A stretch of DNA of 64,000 bases from Lingula anatina (Eukaryota > Animalia > Brachiopoda). The stretch spans positions 43,316,788 to 43,380,787 of the forward strand of contig CM120640.1 of the NCBI GenBank assembly GCA_051362555.1, given 5' to 3'. A program made the position numbers and the translations under genes. The notes under the pieces were generated by a model, which did not search any database, had not been told where the DNA came from, and saw nothing but the letters and a program-made list of their open reading frames with translations. Positions 60,022 to 64,000 of the stretch are shown in pieces; position 1 is the first letter of the stretch; each line of letters begins with the position of its first letter.

Positions 60022-61266
60022 ATGGGACTGAGTGCGTTATTGTGTAAATCAAAGACGTGGATATGGGGCATATTCATCCTGACAAGCTCCGTGCTTTATC
60101 TGACATATCTTCAAGAGCTGCGTGTAGGTGAGCAGAAAACAATTCATGAGAGAAAACATCTGAATGGAAGAAGTAAGCAATCCAAACCGATATATCGACC
60201 TGACGATACCACTCAATTTATCGACACAAAAAACCAAACAAAGATCATAACTTTATTTAATGATGAATGGGGATTTTTTGCCAAAGGAACTGACCGTTTG
60301 TTTGAAAAGCTACGCTGTCCGGTTTCAAATTGTATCCTCACTCTCGAGAGGGAGAAATTTTTCCATGGAAGTGATGCAGTTGTCTTTAACATCCCCCCTC
60401 TGGTAAGGTCCAATCAATTTCAACGATATTTGCTTGATTTGCATTCTTTAAGGCGCAACACAAAACAGCGTTGGGTATTCTACACCCACGAGAGCCCTTG
60501 TTTTAGGGGATTTGCGGAAAGATGGCAAGAGATGTATTCATTTTGGCAAATGGGATTCAACTGGACGATGACATATAGGCAGGATTCTGACATCCCGATC
60601 CAGTATGGCAGTATTATGAGGAGAGAAAAACCTATGAAAAGAGATTTTGTAGATGTTGCAAAAAGAAAAAGTAAACTTGTCGCTTGGTTTACTTCTCATT
60701 GCCAGACATTCAGTCGACGAGAAGATTATGTGAAAGAACTTCAGAAATATATACCGGTGGATATATATGGCACGTGCGGAAAATTGAAATGTAATACTGG
60801 TTTGCCAAAAACCAGTTATTATGGACCGCTAAATAGTGAATATCTGCAGATTGTAAATAACACATATAAATTTTATTTGTCATTTGAAAATGCGTTTGCA
60901 ACGGATTACATCACCGAAAAATATTTTAACACTGTGCCATTGGACGTCATTGCAATAGTGAGAGGTGGTGCCAACTACAGTCGACTCGGTATTTCAGCGT
61001 TCATGTATATCGACACCCGTAATTTTAACAGCCCACAATCCCTGGCATCTTATATACTGTCATTAGACAACAACGTGACTGAATATGCAAAACTCTTGAA
61101 TTGGAAGAATTATTATACTGGTACATCGTATTTACCAAGCACGAGAAAACACTGGTGTGAGCTGTGCCGCAAACTCCACGAGGACAAATCACTTAGTATG
61201 CGTAACGATATACAAAACTGGTATAATGAAGACGAATGCCGCAAACCAACAGATATAGGTTTGTGA
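60022..61266 (+). CDS. Alpha-(1,3)-fucosyltransferase (GT10), 414 aa, single coding exon
   Basis: N-terminal TM anchor; SDAVVF, WVFYTHESP, FNWTMTYRQDSDI, VDIYGTCG, YKFYLSFENAFATDYITEK, WCELCRKLH. Confidence 0.95.
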   Translation: MGLSALLCKSKTWIWGIFILTSSVLYLTYLQELRVGEQKTIHERKHLNGRSKQSKPIYRPDDTTQFIDTKNQTKIITLFNDEWGFFAKGTDRLFEKLRCPVSNCILTLEREKFFHGSDAVVFNIPPLVRSNQFQRYLLDLHSLRRNTKQRWVFYTHESPCFRGFAERWQEMYSFWQMGFNWTMTYRQDSDIPIQYGSIMRREKPMKRDFVDVAKRKSKLVAWFTSHCQTFSRREDYVKELQKYIPVDIYGTCGKLKCNTGLPKTSYYGPLNSEYLQIVNNTYKFYLSFENAFATDYITEKYFNTVPLDVIAIVRGGANYSRLGISAFMYIDTRNFNSPQSLASYILSLDNNVTEYAKLLNWKNYYTGTSYLPSTRKHWCELCRKLHEDKSLSMRNDIQNWYNEDECRKPTDIGL

Positions 61267-63517
61267 TGTCTTCCAGACAAGAATTTAGAAGAGATTGTGA
61301 ACAATGAAGACTGTGAATAGTGTGTACTTTTATTCAGACAGATCATACCGTTTGCCAAGTTGAAGAATTGCTTGAAAGAAAATCTCTTGCTATCCGTCTT
61401 GTTCTACCTAAGATTGAGTACTTTTTTTTTTACTCTTTCATCATTGTTATCAAGACAATGTTTTTATTTTCCTGTTTATGTCTATGTGTGCCACCTTAGT
61501 GTCTAACTGATCTCCAAATTTCCAGCTACAGTCTTGGAGACTGGTGAATTCCACGTGTTACAGTAAAAATTAAAACTCGAGATCGCGATTTTCACGAAAA
61601 CGAGTTTTCAACGCCGCATTAAGAACACCATAGAGGTAAAGGCAAAATTGTTGAAAATCAAAAGGTATACCAAAAACCCAAAGTTCAAGGATGTTAATTG
61701 CCTAATTAAAAATACGATTGATAAAAGGCAATTCTGCTTTTTTCTTTTCAAACCAGATCTCTTCCCTTATTTGAACTTCTTCATAATTTATACCCCATAA
61801 AAATTGCACCTCATCCGAACTCTTCCACGAATTGGTGCGAAGAGGATATGCGAAAATGTTTATGCGCATTTGCAAAATATAGTGGAGGAAAAAAGACTGT
61901 GGTTGCAAACCAACCAATAAATATTCATCAAAGAATGAGAAATTACATTATTCGTGTCCAAGATCCGCCTTAATCTGCCCGACGAGTGGTATTTCTTCCA
62001 CAGCCAACTTTGGTTTTAAAAAACGCATAAACTTGTTGAAGTGTAAAGCATATATTTACCATCGATTATTCTTTATCTAAATTACAGACATGCTGCTCAC
62101 ATAGTGACCACACATGACAGCATAAATAAGCTAAACTTTGTAAATAATATAATCAAAAGAAATCACAGAAACAGCAAAAAATGACATGTTGGATGGACTT
62201 TGAGTGAATGAGGTAAAACTCAATAACAAGTAAAATTACAGCACATAGAAAAATGGATATTTGTAAGTAAATAAACTAGGAAGTTAAAACATTATAAAGT
62301 TGGTATTTCTGTTTGAAGCCTATACACGATTGCCTTTTAAGTTATAAACTGAAATAGTTCTATTCACAGAAAGTATGTATACCACAACATTAAAATGTAC
62401 AAGTGTATACCATAAAGGTAGACTATACAGTGCAAACTCATCCACGTAAGCATCACAAGATTTATGTACACTGAATTCAATGTAAGAATTTCTCAAGTCA
62501 CAACAATTTTCTGCCTGTACATGTATATACAAGGATAAAGTCAATATGACAAAGCCGTCCTAAACAAGATGTTCTCTTTACATTATTTGTCCCAATACAT
62601 AATTCACCTTTCATAATTCATGGAGCAGACAGTCCAAATCATAAAATGTCACCCATACTCAAGTCGGCATCCTTTCAAAGTTTACCTTTTATGCCCATGC
62701 ATTATTCAGGTTCATAAATTTAAATGCAAGTCCCATAAAAGTCTGCATTCTTATGAATAATTTGCTCTTAACTTGGCAAAATTTATATCAACAATTCTGA
62801 CCAAAAGAACAATCACGCCCAGATAAGACAATAGACTAGTAGTAATATATTACCAGATATTTGAATGACAACAAAAGCAGCTCACACCATCAAATGTCTG
62901 GCTTAAAAATTTCCTGAACATCACTATCTGAAGCATTAATGTTTTCTCCCCATGTAAATATTCCTTTATATTTGTAAACATGCAGGATGCTACATTTTCT
63001 TCTCACTTCAATTCTCTACGGTATTTCCAATATTTTACTAGAGACAAAGAATGATTTTAGAAATCACACACTAACAGGAAAATGGAGATCCTTTGACACT
63101 GATATGTACAATTTCTTTAAATGTAAATGTAAAAAAGAAAATAAAGCACTGTAAGCACCAGGCTTTACAGTGTCCTAATATAAAGCAACTCATCAAATTT
63201 GACAAAGCTTGTTCACTTGAACCCTAATGAAAAAAATGCCATCCTAAATAAGGTAAATAAAAAAAATTGTGACAATTATTTTTTCTTATACTGGGTAGCA
63301 ATACTTGTCCAAAGAAGACTAACCATACTCTTCAACAGTTAATAAATGTTTAATTCCCATTTCAAGGATTTACATGCAGCCAACATGGATATTCCATTTT
63401 TCATATGCTTATACAACCACCAATGAGTTGTTATTCTTTCTTAAATGCTATCTTAATACAGACTTTCTAAGTCAGACAAGTTACCAATTAAGGGTACATA
63501 TATGTAATATCCCAATT

Positions 63518-63913
63518 TTACTTTGGTACAAGTCCTCTTGATGTTGGGAACATTTCTTTGGCATTCTGTGACTGGTTCCGTTTACTAGCTGTTTTAGGTC
63601 TGAAATATTTTATAACCATTTCTTAATCCTATATGAGAAATTTTGATAACTTATCATGTACTATTTTAAAACATAAAAAATGTTTTTTTAATGAGGGTCT
63701 TTTTTATATCTACTTATCATGTTTTACTAAAGAAGCACACACTATAAGATCATGCCTTCAGCAAATGCTATGAAAGGAAACATTCAAATCAGCTAATAAA
63801 TATACTAATAATGTTCAAATAGACTTTTTAACTGCTCTTGCTCTTACCTGTCCTTTGCAGATTTTTCTCTTTTCTTAGCTTTGGGCTTACTCTTGCCACC
63901 AAAAATAGCATTG
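63518..63913 (-). CDS. KIF3B: Last two coding exons of a kinesin-II KIF3B/KRP95-like subunit (partial; gene continues beyond the window)
   Basis: Exons 63913-63848 and 63599-63518, phase-compatible: NAIFGGKSKPKAKKREKSAKDRPKTASKRNQSQNAKEMFPTSRGLVPK*. The ending matches my recollection of the KIF3B C-terminus (YPQSRGLVPK). Confidence 0.72.
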
Positions 63914-64000
63914 CTAAAAATAAAATGAAACAGGAACTAAAACAAGGTCAGGTTCAAACTTTAAGAAACAAAACCATTTCTATATAAACTTATTATATTC

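Noticed and set aside
61540-61900. MITE-like fragments (CCACGTGTTACAGTA; AAAACTCG...CGAGTTTT palindrome)
   Set aside because: No paired termini identified.

Overview
AT-rich, intron-rich animal genomic DNA, most likely a marine invertebrate (a lophotrochozoan or mollusc-like origin is inferred, not proven). It is not prokaryotic, and most ORF-track entries are exon fragments or antisense shadows. Splicing by hand gives ten complete gene models, in order: a secreted single-vWA protein (+), a secreted SVWC-ShK protein (+), GNL2/NOG2 (-) head-to-head with a small CENP-W gene (+) that the ORF track misses, a calumenin/reticulocalbin (CREC) protein (-) head-to-head with a non-muscle myosin regulatory light chain (+), NEK8 (+), SNRPA1/U2A' (-), an MFSD4-like transporter (+) and a GT10 alpha-1,3-fucosyltransferase (+). 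The window ends in the 3' end of a KIF3B-like kinesin (-). Non-autonomous DNA transposons are abundant: TTAA-flanked Kolobok-like elements, long-TIR MITEs and a Helentron/HINE carrying tandem arrays. The most notable observations are (1) a predicted myosin RLC isoform with a 236-aa N-terminal extension containing 16 KKEP-type 7-residue repeats, encoded on an exon segment with no ATG, (2) a U12-type AT-AC intron in NEK8, (3) a ~290-bp module shared by two otherwise dissimilar TTAA elements, and (4) a candidate NMD-inducing 3'UTR intron in SNRPA1. All models come from manual reading; no database searches were run.
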